38,141 bases of DNA from Scyliorhinus canicula (GCF_902713615.1 NW_024056034.1:62001-100141); one strand, 5' to 3'; numbered from the stretch's first letter, positions 23,567 through 34,097 are shown. Numbers and translations are program-made. The notes: generated from the sequence alone by a model not told the origin.

Positions 23567-24071
23567 ATGTTTCTGTTCATACTGGCGGCCCTGTTGGACG
23601 GTAAGTAATGGATAATGGTCGTCAAGCCAGATTAGCAGTTTCTGAATTGCAATTACATTGAATATAATTAACGATCAGAAATATCCACATAGTTGAGTTT
23701 CCACAAACTCACAGATATACAAACAAATTTAGGTGAATTCTTTTAACCTATCGATGTTTCATTTATTTCCCTTCGCAGGCGGACTAAGCGCAGATCCAGT
23801 AACTCAATCACCGGTGACAAAAACCGTGTCAGAAGGGGTTTCGGTGCGGCTGGATTGTGAATATGCAGACTCGAATATGCAGTACATGCAATGGTATCAT
23901 AAGAAAGCGGCACAGCCACCAATCCGGATTATTAGCAAATTATTAGATCTGAAGGATGATGTAGTTTCAGGACGATATCTAGCGGCTGCTGACAAGTCTA
24001 AACAGAACGGTTACCTCAATATCAGCGATCTCAGTGTGGAAGACGGGGCGGTCTATTACTGTGCAGTGAGG
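23567..24071 (+). CDS. TCR alpha/delta-type V gene segment, family A, apparently functional (leader 23567-23600, intron 23601-23778, exon 23779-24071)
   Basis: Leader MFLFILAALLDG|GTAAGT; exon ADPVTQSP...VRLDC...MQWYHKK...GRYL...DGAVYYCAVR with no stops. Confidence 0.93.
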
Positions 24072-24110
24072 CACAGCGTTAGATAACAGCTGGTGCCCCG
24101 TACAAAAACC
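24072..24110 (+). other. 23-RSS
   Basis: CACAGCG-23nt-ACAAAAACC. Confidence 0.93.
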
Positions 24111-24161
24111 TCGGCGAGTAGTCACAGCTTCACTAAATCTGCTTTGCTGCTCCTGTCTGTG

Positions 24162-24551
24162 GGAATTGTTTGATCCTGGATTCAGCAACACAGTCAGGTC
24201 TATTCATCAGACAGTTATATTGGTGTCTCTGCTCTTCTGCGGGTGAACAGATGAGCAGTTTGGGAAAATACGCGACTCATTTCCATGTAGCAATGTACAT
24301 GGTAAATTAAAACTTGGAATACCGGGCTACCAGCTACGGTAATAACAGCTCTCAGATGTGGGGATAATGTAGCTGGAAGTTAAAGATTGTTCTTCCAGAA
24401 CAGTTAACTCAGATGAGCCCAAGGCCGCTGAGTCTACCCCGTTAGTTCCTGTAACAAAAGAGTGTGTCAATCTCTGCTGTTGTATTTCACACATGGAATT
24501 CAGAATAAGAACTTTCACAGACTGACGGAGCAGCACTATTATTGTTATCAT
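24162..24551 (-). pseudogene. Decayed family-B V pseudogene, tail-to-tail with the V at 23567
   Basis: Leader remnant MITIIVLLR; acceptor TTACAG then GTNGVDSAALGSSELTVLEEQS (compare GTNGEDAVFQDRSELKVLEGQN); stops; heptamer remnant CACAGAC at 24155-61. Confidence 0.7.
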
Positions 24552-24969
24552 GCAGGACCATGGGGTCTGCTTTAGGCTTCAGTATAAAATCGATTTTTCG
24601 ATCGAAAACTCATCTCTTGCCTGTTGCTGGAGAGTCACTTAGATAAGGGACGTGCTTCAGAAGGGTGCGCCCCACGGTGAGGGCTATAAAACTGCCGGAG
24701 CTCGAATTAATCCACAAGTCATGAAGGCCTTGGAACGCCACAGCCTTGTATTTGTATCGTCCTTAGATTTTTGCTGCACTGTCACGGGGGCCAATATTAC
24801 TGACGTTGCCTTTCACCCGAGTGTCGCTGGTAATCAGGGGATTGGCTGTCTCTGCGGAAATGAAAAAAACGTCTGATCATCAGTACCGCGCACCTGCTGC
24901 TGGATTGAGTTGTTTACACTATTGTAGATCCTTCTTGTTCCTACAGTCACACAGCTCAACTGTGCTGTG

Positions 24970-25590
24970 CCTCGGTCGCTAACAATATCTGGTTGTATAC
25001 AGTTATTTATCTGTATGTTAGTCACATTAAGATAATTTATACCTTTCTGCTGCAGATTCCCGCCAAACAGCCGAAACATGAATGGTGGAGGGTGCCCGGA
25101 TGCTGACTGTATCTGTCAGGATCTATTGTATCGACTGGCAACTGTCGTGTGACGTCACTGTCTCTTCAACCGGATTTCAGCCTCCCCGCTGTTCCCCAGG
25201 ATCCTGGTGGCTCCAGGCTGATATAAACAATCAAAACTAATCAAATAAAATTCAACACCAGCCTCATATTACCCAGCATAGGGGCTGGTTTAGCTCACTG
25301 GGCTAAATCGCTGGCTTTTAAAGCAGACCAAGCAGACCAGTAGCACGGTTCGATTCCCGTACCAGCCTCCACGGACAGGCGCCGGAATGTGGCGACTAGA
25401 GGCTTTTCACAGTAACTTCATTGAAGCGTACTCGTGACAATAAGCGATTTTCATTTCATAACGGCCAGCCCCACCATCATCATTGTTATTCAATTAACAA
25501 TAATATCAGGTTCCACAATGCGGGGAGAATGGGGTTTCCTCCGTGAGGTGAGATGTTGAGGAGAGCTGAGTGCCGGTTCCCGCGATAGTT
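24970..25590 (-). pseudogene. Decayed family-C V pseudogene (paralog of the V at 30128-30632), intron interrupted by a SINE
   Basis: Exon from 25217 WSHQD..EQ (compare WSQQDTVEQ), YSQHPG (compare YSQQPG), YLNVTNIQ...YC*; heptamer CACAGCA at 24963-69; leader remnant about 25545-25590 aligns to 30587-30632. Confidence 0.6.
25281..25459 (+). mobile_element. GGGGCTGGTTTAGCTC-family SINE, full length
   Basis: A box, B box, CATTT tail. Confidence 0.9.
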
Positions 25591-25679
25591 CCTGAATTAG
25601 TTGCTCTCAGGCAATTACCTGTCAGAGCAGAAATGCCGATTCAGGTGCCACTGCACGGCTGATCAAACCAATGACAGGA

Positions 25680-25900
25680 ATCGACCAGTGACAACAATGT
25701 TTAGAATATCACCACTCTGTCAGGGCGGGATCAACAAACGGAAACTATGACCGGGGACACCGCAGACTCAAAGCTGATAAAAAATGTGCGGCGGTCGTCA
25801 GCTGCATTCGCAAGTGAGGGAGCGGAAATAGCGAGGGGTAACCTGCACCTGCTCATTGCTCAAGTCACTGAGAACAATATAGAGGGAAGGCACTTCCATC
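25680..25900 (+). promoter_or_regulatory. Conserved non-coding element, cassette copy 2
   Basis: TGTGCGG, CAGCTG, GGAGCGGAAATAGCGA, CCTGCACCTG. Confidence 0.6.
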
Positions 25901-25944
25901 CAGCGAGAAGGAACCAGATTGAACTGACCCTCCCTGCACTTATT

Positions 25945-26272
25945 TCATAGACTCATAGAATCCACAGTGTAGAAGCAGGCCACCCGGCCCATCGAGTTCG
26001 CACCGGTCCCCGGAAAGAGCACTCTACCCAAGCGCACACCTCTATCCCATTCCCGAAACCTAACACAACCTTTGTGGGCATTTAGCATGGCCAATGCACG
26101 GAACTTGCACATCTTTGGGCTGTGGGAGGAAACCGGAGCAGCCGGAGGAAACCCACGCAGATACGGGGAGAACGTGCAGACTCCGCACAAACAGTAACCG
26201 AAGCCGGGATTCTAACCTGGGACCTTAGATCTGTGAAGCAACAGTGCTAACCACTGTGCTACCGTGCTGCCC
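25945..26272 (-). mobile_element. HE1/V-SINE-type SINE with CR1-like tail
   Basis: Reverse complement gggcagcacggtagcacagtggttagcactgttgcttcacag...; tail ctatgagtctatga. Confidence 0.85.
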
Positions 26273-27026
26273 ACATAAATACAGGGCGCGGTCGGAAATT
26301 ATCGTCTTGTTTTTGAAAAACATTTTATTAAGGCATTTATGACTTTAGAACGACAATTACAACTGTGAACATAACTCAGTGAATACCACCCCCCCCCCCC
26401 CCCCCCCCAACCAACAACTATTCCCAGCCAACATGGCGAACACACGCACAGTTCCCCAGTCCATCCTCCTCCACTCGCTGGACTCGCCTGAACGAAACTA
26501 AACTGAACTATCTCCCCCAGTCCCCTCTAATTCAGTAACCCTCTCTTATTGTATCTGCTAACAGTTTAATTTTAATCATTGTGCTCCTGATTGTTAGCTC
26601 GGTAGTCTTGTCCTTTTAACATTTGACATACCCAGGATTCAGACAGAAGAGTCCAGCGATGGTTTCCACAGATTTAGCTTAATTTTCTGGCATAAACATT
26701 AACAGTAACAAAGACAGTATCTAAATAGCTCCGATTTATATTGCTGGGTAGCATTTGAATCTTGGTATGTTTTGCAGCAAACCCTGAACCCACTCAACAG
26801 GAAAATTCGATTCAACAGAATTTTCCAGCAGAAGGTGCCGAATTCAAGCACGGGCGTCACAAACCAGGTAATGTTTTCTCTAAATCATGTATGGCTGGGA
26901 GACCAGTGAGGTCACAATAACCCCCCCCCCCCCCTCCCCCGCCTCCCAGCCCCAACCCCCTCGCAATGAGCTGAGCAGAGCCCGGGCACCCTCTCTCCAC
27001 AGTCTCTAAGAGAGATTCAGTCTGGC

Positions 27027-27932
27027 ATGTTTCTGATAATACTGGCGGCGCTGTGGCACGGTAAGTACTGGATAATAAACATCGATGCAGATTAACATGT
27101 TAATATATATCGATGGCACTATAATTATGATCGAAAATATCTATATGAAATGCAATTGGGAGGTTTCACAATCTCACTCAGATACAAGCAAATTTACATA
27201 GTTAGCATGTTGTTCTATGTTCTATAGACTCGCCAACTTTAAGGGCATTTAAGTGGTCACTGGATAGACATATGGATGGAAATGGAATAGTGTAGGTCAG
27301 ATAGGCTTCAGATGGTTTCACAGGTCGGCGCAACATCGAGGGCCGAAGGGCCCGTACTGCGCTGTAGTGTTCTATGTTCTATGTTCTATGTAAGGGGCTG
27401 GTTTAGCTCAAGGGGCTGGTTTAGCTCACAAGGCTAAATCGCTGGCTTTTAAAGCAGACCAAGCAGGCCAGCAGCACGGTTCGATTCCCGTACCAGCCTC
27501 CCCGGGCAGGCGCCGGAATGTGGCGACTAGGGGCTTTTCACAGTAACTTCATTGAAGCCTACTCGTGACAATAAGCGATTTTCATTTCATTTTTCATGTT
27601 CTACAGCAGCTCTTGATATTTAATCCTCTCCCTTCACAGGCGGACTGTGCGCAGATCCAGTAACTCAGTTACCGGTGACAATAACTGCATCGGAAGGAGA
27701 TTCGGTGCTGTTGAATTGTGACTATACAGACACGAATATGTACTTCATGCTATGGTATCAGCAGAAACCGGCACAACAACCGATATGGATCATCGCTAAC
27801 AACTTAGCGTCGAAGAAAGTTGAGCTTTCAGGACGATATCTGGCGGTTGCTGACAAGTCTAAACAGAACGGTTCCCTCAATATAAGCGCCCTCAGTGTGG
27901 AGGACGGGGCGGTCTATTACTGTGCAATGAGG
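27027..27932 (+). CDS. TCR alpha/delta-type V gene segment, family A, apparently functional (leader 27027-27060, 579-nt intron, exon 27640-27932)
   Basis: Leader MFLIILAALWHG|GTAAGT; acceptor CTTCACAG; exon ADPVTQLP...LLNC...MLWYQQKP...DGAVYYCAMR with no stops. Confidence 0.92.
27226..27597 (+). mobile_element. CR1 3' fragment (27226-27390) followed by a SINE (27392-27597), both in the V intron
   Basis: CR1 3' UTR ending (gttctat)n; SINE with a tandemly duplicated 18-nt head. Confidence 0.85.
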
Positions 27933-27971
27933 CACAGCGTTAGAGAGCAGCTAGAGCACCCTACAAAAACC
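27933..27971 (+). other. 23-RSS
   Basis: CACAGCG-23nt-ACAAAAACC. Confidence 0.93.
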
Positions 27972-28029
27972 TCAGCGAGTATTTACAGCTCTACTAAGGT
28001 CCCTTCTGCGCGAAGAATTTGATTTTCGC

Positions 28030-28530
28030 TTTTCAAACGCTGTCAGGTGGATTTAGCAGGCCGTTCTTTTGGTGCTTCCACCCTTGTGCCGATAAACAAT
28101 AGAGCAGTTTGGAGAATGTTGAGGCTTCTCATGCTGAGATATTTACAGTAACCTTAATCCCGGAATATCCACCAAGCAGCAGAGGGACGATCTCAGATGT
28201 GGAGTTAGTATAACCAGAAAGTACGGACTGTTCTTCCAGAAGCCTTAACTCAGCTGAGCCCAGGGACACCGACTCCTCGGCACCCGGTGAGCAATGAAAT
28301 GCAGAATTGAGCAGAGGGAGGTGGTGGCAAAGTGGCATTGTCACTAAACTAGAAATCCAGAGACCCAGAGTAATTCTCTGGGGTTGACTCATAACTGCCC
28401 CCTCAAGAGCGATTGGCGATGAACCAAAAGAACAAACAATTCCTGCGCAATTTACACATGAAATGTAGAATAGCAGAGACTCATCTAATAACACTGCCAG
28501 CATTATCAGTCCGTGACATAGGGAGCACAC
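28030..28530 (-). pseudogene. Decayed family-B V pseudogene, tail-to-tail with the V at 27027
   Basis: AEESVSLGSAELRLLEEQS; homologous to 24162-24551; leader remnant LIMLAVLL with donor mutated to ATGAGT; SINE head inserted at about 28315-28400. Confidence 0.65.
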
Positions 28531-28604
28531 GATGCCGGGTTTAGGTTTCAATAAAAATCGATCTGTCGATCGAGAATGTAAATAAAAGTAAATTATTGCT
28601 TGAA

Positions 28605-28698
28605 TCTGAAAAACATTGGCAATTTCAGCAGGTCTGGCAGCATCTGTGGAGAGAGAAGGGTGCTAACGTTTGGAATCTCGGTGGCTCTTTGTCAATAC
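28605..28698 (-). mobile_element. Penelope-type terminal fragment with decayed U3-A8 hammerhead motif
   Basis: tcagcaggtctggcagcatctgtggagagagaa...ctaacgtttgg...ctctttgtcaa; paralog of 17103-17198. Confidence 0.5.
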
Positions 28699-28839
28699 GG
28701 ATGTTGAGTTGATTGTGGGTTTACCGAAATACAGACCAAGCCACAAACGAGTCCCAGAAATCTAAATTGCAGCTATTTAGACACTGCCTTCCTTATTGTT
28801 AATGTTTATGTCTGAAAATGATGAGGGGCGTTGATTGGG

Positions 28840-29600
28840 TCGATAGGAACGAACTTTTCCACTTAGTAGAAGGGTGAATAACCAGGGGGAATAGATTAAC
28901 GTTAAGATGCAGGATTTAGAGGATATTTGAGGAAACCATTTTGACCCAGAGGGTGATGGGAATCTGGGGCTGAATGCGTGAAAGGATCATCGAGGCAGAA
29001 AAATTCACAACATTGAAGAAGCATTTAGGTGAGCACTTCGAACGCCATAGCAGGCAAGGCTATGGACCAACTGCTGGAATAATAATTAGAGTAGAAAGGT
29101 TTTGATGGCCAGCGCATGCACACTGGGCAAGGGGTCTCATTTTGCGCTGTAAAGCTCTTTGGCTCTATGACTCAAAGTGGAAGGGTGGAGAGGTCCAGGG
29201 AGGAAATTCCAGAGCTTTGTGGCCAGGCAGGTGAAGGCACGGCGAGCGATGGTGGAGTGATTAAAATCGGAGATGAAGGCTGTGAGTTCCAGATTCCCAC
29301 CACCGTCTGGGTGAAAACGTTCTCCCACAAAGCCACTCGAAATCTCCAACTCCTTACCTTTAATCTGCGCCAACTGGTTATTGACACCATTACTACGGGA
29401 GAAAGTTTCTTCCCATCTACTCCATCCATGTCTCTCATAATTATGTACACACTGGATGAGCAATCAGTGTTCCTTTAAGACTCTCCTTCTAACCAATCTC
29501 TTTGACCAAGCTTTTGATCATATGACTGAATATGTCCATAGTTCCTGTAAAACCCATCGGGACAGTTTATTGTGCGAAAAGCTCGACATGAATAGAAGTT
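28840..29600. mobile_element. Jumble of decayed CR1 and L2 3' fragments in both orientations
   Basis: CR1 (+) 28840-29110; CR1 (-) FTQTVVGIWNS; L2-like (-) RRAFTCLATKLWNFLP; L2 tail ctctttgaccaagctttt (+). Confidence 0.55.
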
Positions 29601-29723
29601 GCTGTATTTATTGTAGTTCAGTGACACCTGATAGTTTGCTGAGAGAGTGAGTTTGCACACCAAGATATGAACAAGAAGCAGGAGTTAAGGTATCGAAGAT
29701 CCATTCATTATTCGTACATATGT

Positions 29724-29915
29724 TATGCCTCATGGCGCCGAGGTCCCAGGTTCGATCCCGGCCCTGGGTCACTGACCGTGTGGAGTTTGCACATTCTCCC
29801 CATGTTTGCGTGGGTTTTGCCCCCACAACCCAAAGATGTGCAGGGTAGGTGGATTGAACATACTAAATTGCCGCTTAATTAGAAAAAAATATTGGGTACT
29901 TAATTTTTTTTTAAA
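29724..29915 (+). mobile_element. HE1/V-SINE-type SINE, 5'-truncated
   Basis: gcctcatggcgccgaggtcccaggttcgatcccggccctgggtcactg...taaattgccgcttaattag. Confidence 0.85.
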
Positions 29916-30048
29916 TGTTCTGAATGCGAGTTGCAATCGTAAACTGGTATAACTGTGCAGGTGGGCCTCACTACTGATGCTTTTTAGTTTTGTGTGTTGT
30001 TACAATTTGTGTCACTGTCACTATGGAAACTGAACTATCGATGAGGGC

Positions 30049-30062
30049 GCGCCCCCTGCTGA
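30049..30062 (-). promoter_or_regulatory. CTCF-like motif downstream of RSS
   Basis: Reverse complement TCAGCAGGGGGCGC, 25 nt after the nonamer. Confidence 0.6.
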
Positions 30063-30087
30063 GCCGTGGATGGAACTGCCAGTGTGG

Positions 30088-30127
30088 GGTTTTTGTACGG
30101 GTTCCACCATATCTCTGCAGCAGTGTG
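30088..30127 (-). other. RSS with 24-nt spacer
   Basis: CACACTG-24nt-ACAAAAACC. Confidence 0.88.
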
Positions 30128-30632
30128 GGCTCCATGGCACAGAAATAAACGGCGCTGTCGGAGAGCATTGTGCTACTGATTGTCAGCTCGGTAGTCTTGT
30201 TCCTTTTATCAAACGTAGAAGAAAACCGATGGCTGAGTTCGGTGTTCCTTTGCACAGTCAGCCCAATAACTCGAAGCATGTAGCTTGGAGCTTTCCCGGG
30301 CTGCTGACTGTACCAATACACATAAGGGTTAGGAGAACTTGTTTTCAAGGTGCAGGTTAATGTGACTTCACTTTCCTCTGTAACCGTTATTTCCGATTCC
30401 TTTTGTTCCACGGTGTCTTGCTGGCTCCATTCTAACAGAAGTAACAGCGATAATGACAATCAGAGTCAGCTTCATATTAAACAATAAAATCATCAACAAC
30501 ATCATCTCTGTCATTTTACCAACAATAACATTTGGGTTACAGCAGTCAGGAAGACAATGGAGTGTTACTGGGAAGGAAATACTTACTTAGAAGTGAGATG
30601 ACAATGAGGAGCGAAGCGAGATGGTTCCTCAT
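30128..30632 (-). CDS. TCR alpha/delta-type V gene segment, family C, apparently functional (leader 30632-30587, intron 30586-30432, exon 30431-30128)
   Basis: Leader MRNHLASLLIVISLL|GTAAGT; exon QDTVEQKE...VTLTC...VYWYSQQPGKAPSYML...RFSS...DSAVYFCAME with no stops. Confidence 0.92.
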
Positions 30633-30719
30633 GATCCTCCTTGAGTTTGTAACTCTACAATGAGATCAATCCTCTGTCAGAGACAGAAATACAGATCCCC
30701 GTCACACCGCACTACCGAT

Positions 30720-30970
30720 TCGACCAATGAGAGGAATGAACAAGCAGCAACAATCTCTCCAGTAACAAACTGGGTCAGAAAGAGAGCAGCAACCGGAAGC
30801 TGTGGGCGGGGATACCGCAGTCTGAATATTGAGTGAACTGTGCGGTGACTTTCAGCTGCACTCGGAACTGATGGAGCGGAAATAGCGACAGTTGAATCTT
30901 CACTACACCGTAACCATCCTGCACCGGCTCACTGTTCAAGTTACTGAGAAGAAATAGATCGGGAGGGACA
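30720..30970 (+). promoter_or_regulatory. Conserved non-coding element, cassette copy 3 (also just upstream of the minus-strand V)
   Basis: TGTGCGGT, CAGCTG, GGAGCGGAAATAGCGA, CCTGCACC. Confidence 0.6.
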
Positions 30971-31419
30971 TGACGAACTAGAATACGGAATCTTAGAGTC
31001 AGGAATGAGGCCACACGATCTATATTGCTCGAGGCACTTTGAAAGTGTTACTTATTCTTCTTTCAAAGACCGCATTTTCTACATACCCGGTGATTCCCTT
31101 TACATTTCCGTCTTAAAGTTATTGTTGAATCTTATTCCTTTGTTTAGACACCACTTCTATAGTTTAGCAAATCGCAGTGTAGATAATGAATGGACTTTTC
31201 CTGGGCTTATTAATAATAATCTTTATTGTCACAAGTAGGCTTACTGCAATTTCTCATCAATCGTTGTATTATCCAAGGATCTGCTGGTGGAAACAGCTCC
31301 GTGTGATCTTCAGTGACAGACTCACTTACATTTCAGCAACTCTCCTTTACCTTCTTTGATCAAAGGAGAGGCAGCCTTGTGGCTCCATCGGCAGCTTCCC
31401 TGCCTCAGGTCCCTTAGTC

Positions 31420-32315
31420 GCAGAGTTTTAAAGGCAAGAAGAGGCCCTTTGGCCCATTGTATTTGCCCCGACCATCAAGTACCTACTCGTCTAAACCAAT
31501 TTTCTAGCACTTGGTCCGTAGCCTTGCATGCTGTGGCGTTTCAAGTCCTCTTCTAAACGCTTCTTAAATGTTGTGAGTGTTCCCGCCTCGACCACCCTCA
31601 CAGACAGCGTGTTCAAGGTTCTCACAACGCTCAAATGCCCTCTAAATCTCCCCCCCCCCCCTTTCCTTAAATGTATTCCCTCTGGTTGTTGACCCCTCCA
31701 CTAATGGGAACGGTTTCTTCCTATCTATTTTCCGCATAATTTTGAAAACCTCGATCAGGTCCCCCCTCAGCCTTCCCTGACAACGTTTGACAATTAATGA
31801 CAATAATCCCAGCCTATCCAGCCTCTCTTCATAGCTGAGAAACTCCTTCCCAGAAACCTTCCTGATTAATCTCCTCTGCACCCTCTCTGGTGCATCACAT
31901 CTTTCCCATAGTGTGCCGACCAGGTGTGCACAAAATGTTCCAGCTGCGGACTAACCAGCGTTTTACACATCCCCATAATTACCTCCCTGCTCTTATATTC
32001 CATGCCTCGGCTAATAAAGGCAAGTATCCCGCATGTCTTCTTCGCCACCTTATCTACTTGTCCTGTTGCCTGCGGGGATCTATGCGCCTGAACACCATGG
32101 TCCCTCTTGCTTCTATACTTCTTGACTTCCTGGCGTTTATTGTGCATTTTCTTGCATTGTTCATCCTCCCAAAATGCATCATCCAACCCTTTTCAGGGTT
32201 AAATTCCATTTGCCACTCTTCTGCCTATCTGGCTCGTCCGTCGATATTATCCTGCAATCTAAACCATTCCTCCTCGCTATTTAGCACACCGCCGAATTTC
32301 ATGTTGTCTGCGAAC
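31420..32315 (-). mobile_element. CR1 LINE 3' part, decayed
   Basis: FADNMKFGG, CKTLVSPQLEHFVHTWSAHY, LRGDLIEVFKIMR. Confidence 0.88.
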
Positions 32316-32754
32316 GACGGTTGGGCACAGCTCAGGGAATTGAAATGCCAGAACGGTGTGGTTCCTGTTCCAGTTCTGGGGTGGTTGCGACCTGCCTCCC
32401 AGTGACAGTGCAATGGATTGGACCTTCCTTAAGACAGATAGTCAGAGAAGAAAATAATGAGTAGATTCCAGATTTAAATACCGTTTTGACATAGAAATCA
32501 ATAAACCTTAAATCCATTCAGTAACCACCATTCTGAACCGGATTGAACATAATCTACCAGCAGAGGCGCAAAGCCCAACCATGATAATTAGAAAGTCACA
32601 TGAGACCAAAACCAGTCTCCTCAGTGATGTCACAATAGGCCTGGCCCCCTGCAGTGTGAGGGTGGAATAATGAGCTGAACAGAGCCCGGGTTCCCTCTCT
32701 GCTTCTCAATCTCTGGATCATTCCAGTCATATTCACTGAGAGATTCAGTCAGAC

Positions 32755-33439
32755 ATGTTTTTAATATTACTGGCGGGGCTCTTGCACAGTAAGTAATGGA
32801 TTTTCCTCATCAAAACAGTTTAACAGATTGATGGGAATTTACACAAATTCATACAGTTAATGAAGGTTTACCTCCATCCTATTTATCCTTCTGCTCTTTT
32901 GATCCTCTGAAGTAGATTTAGGACTGAGCTTAGGAGGAACTTCTTCACCCAAAGGGTTGTGAATCTATGGAATTCCTTGCCCAGTGAAGCAGTTGAGGCT
33001 CCTTCATTACATGTTTTTAAGGTAAAGATAGATAGTTTTTTGAAGAATAAAGGGATTGAGGGTTATGGTGTGATCTAATTGAATGGCGGAGCAGGCTCGA
33101 GGGGCCAGATGTCCTACTCCTGCTCCTAGTTCTTATTTACAGGCGGACTATTTGCGGATCCAGTGACAGTCTCCGGTGACAGTAGCTGTGTTTGAAGGGG
33201 CCTTGGTGACGTTATATTGAGGATATACAACCCGGGTAATAACGGGCATCCACTAGTATGGAGAGAAACCGGCACAGTCTCCAAACTGGATTATTAATGA
33301 AGTAATAGGACTGTAAAAAGATGGAATCTGAGGGCAATATCTGGCTGTTGCTCATAATATAAACACGCTGAGTGTGGAGGTCTCTTACTGTGTATTGAGG
33401 CGCAGCTTCACATAATAACCAAGACCTCGCACAAAAATC
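32755..33439 (+). pseudogene. Family-A V pseudogene with decayed 23-RSS; CR1 fragment (32905-33136) in the intron
   Basis: Intact leader MFLILLAGLLH|GTAAGT; exon from 33143 with a frameshift, stops at the first-Cys and Trp positions and others; CGCAGCT-23-ACAAAAATC at 33401-39; decamer AGTGATGTCA at 32623. Confidence 0.85.
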
Positions 33440-33559
33440 CTCTGCGAGTCTTTGTGTAGTCTTCTTTAGCGCCTTGATCAACCGGGATAATTTCATCCCA
33501 GGCCCACGGACAACAAACATTAGCAGGTTTGTTTATCAAACTGTTGCATTATTTTATTT

Positions 33560-33912
33560 GTCCTTGTTCAATTCAATCGATCTGAGAAATGTTGCGACGT
33601 AGCTCAATATCGCCACCGAAACCTCCTCAGTAAATATCTCGCAGCTTATACAGAATACTGACCTGCCTACATCGGCAGAGAAAGCTCTCGCACGTGGAGC
33701 GATTACAGCTGAACATTACTGTCTGTCTTTCCAGAGCCTTCAATTCGGCCGGATCCTGGGAGACTCATTGTGCACCACACATTCCTGTAACAAAACGTAA
33801 AATGTGTCTAAGTCAGGAATTTGATTTAACACAAGAAATAGACAACGACCTCTGAATATTAACTCACCGAACGGCACAATGATTATTATCTTAAAGCACC
33901 ATGGAACTCGTG
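33560..33912 (-). pseudogene. Family-B V pseudogene, tail-to-tail with the family-A pseudogene
   Basis: Leader remnant WCFKIIIIVPFG|GTGAGT, 83-nt intron, acceptor TTACAG, exon GMCGAQ*VSQDPAELKALERQTVMFSC...ARYLLRRF. Confidence 0.7.
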
Positions 33913-34097
33913 CTCTCTGGTTGTGACTTCTACAGAACATAAACTGAATTTAAATGGATTCTGGCCCTTCTTTTCTGATACTAAATTCAAATCACGAACA
34001 GGCCTCACTCATTGGGACGTATCCATGGAAGAGTGTTACTAAAATGCCTACTCTCTGATGACTGCACAGGCGACACACTTTCTGAATCACCACGGCA

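Noticed and set aside
25147-25158. AGTGACGTCA decamer (minus strand) with a nearby MFRLFGG... ORF as a V promoter and leader
   Set aside because: The region aligns to the FR1-FR2 coding part of the family-C V, so it is pseudogene exon sequence
26310-26480. Possible L1/Tx1 3' end on the minus strand
   Set aside because: Only an AATAAA/A-rich end and a C-run; not enough to call
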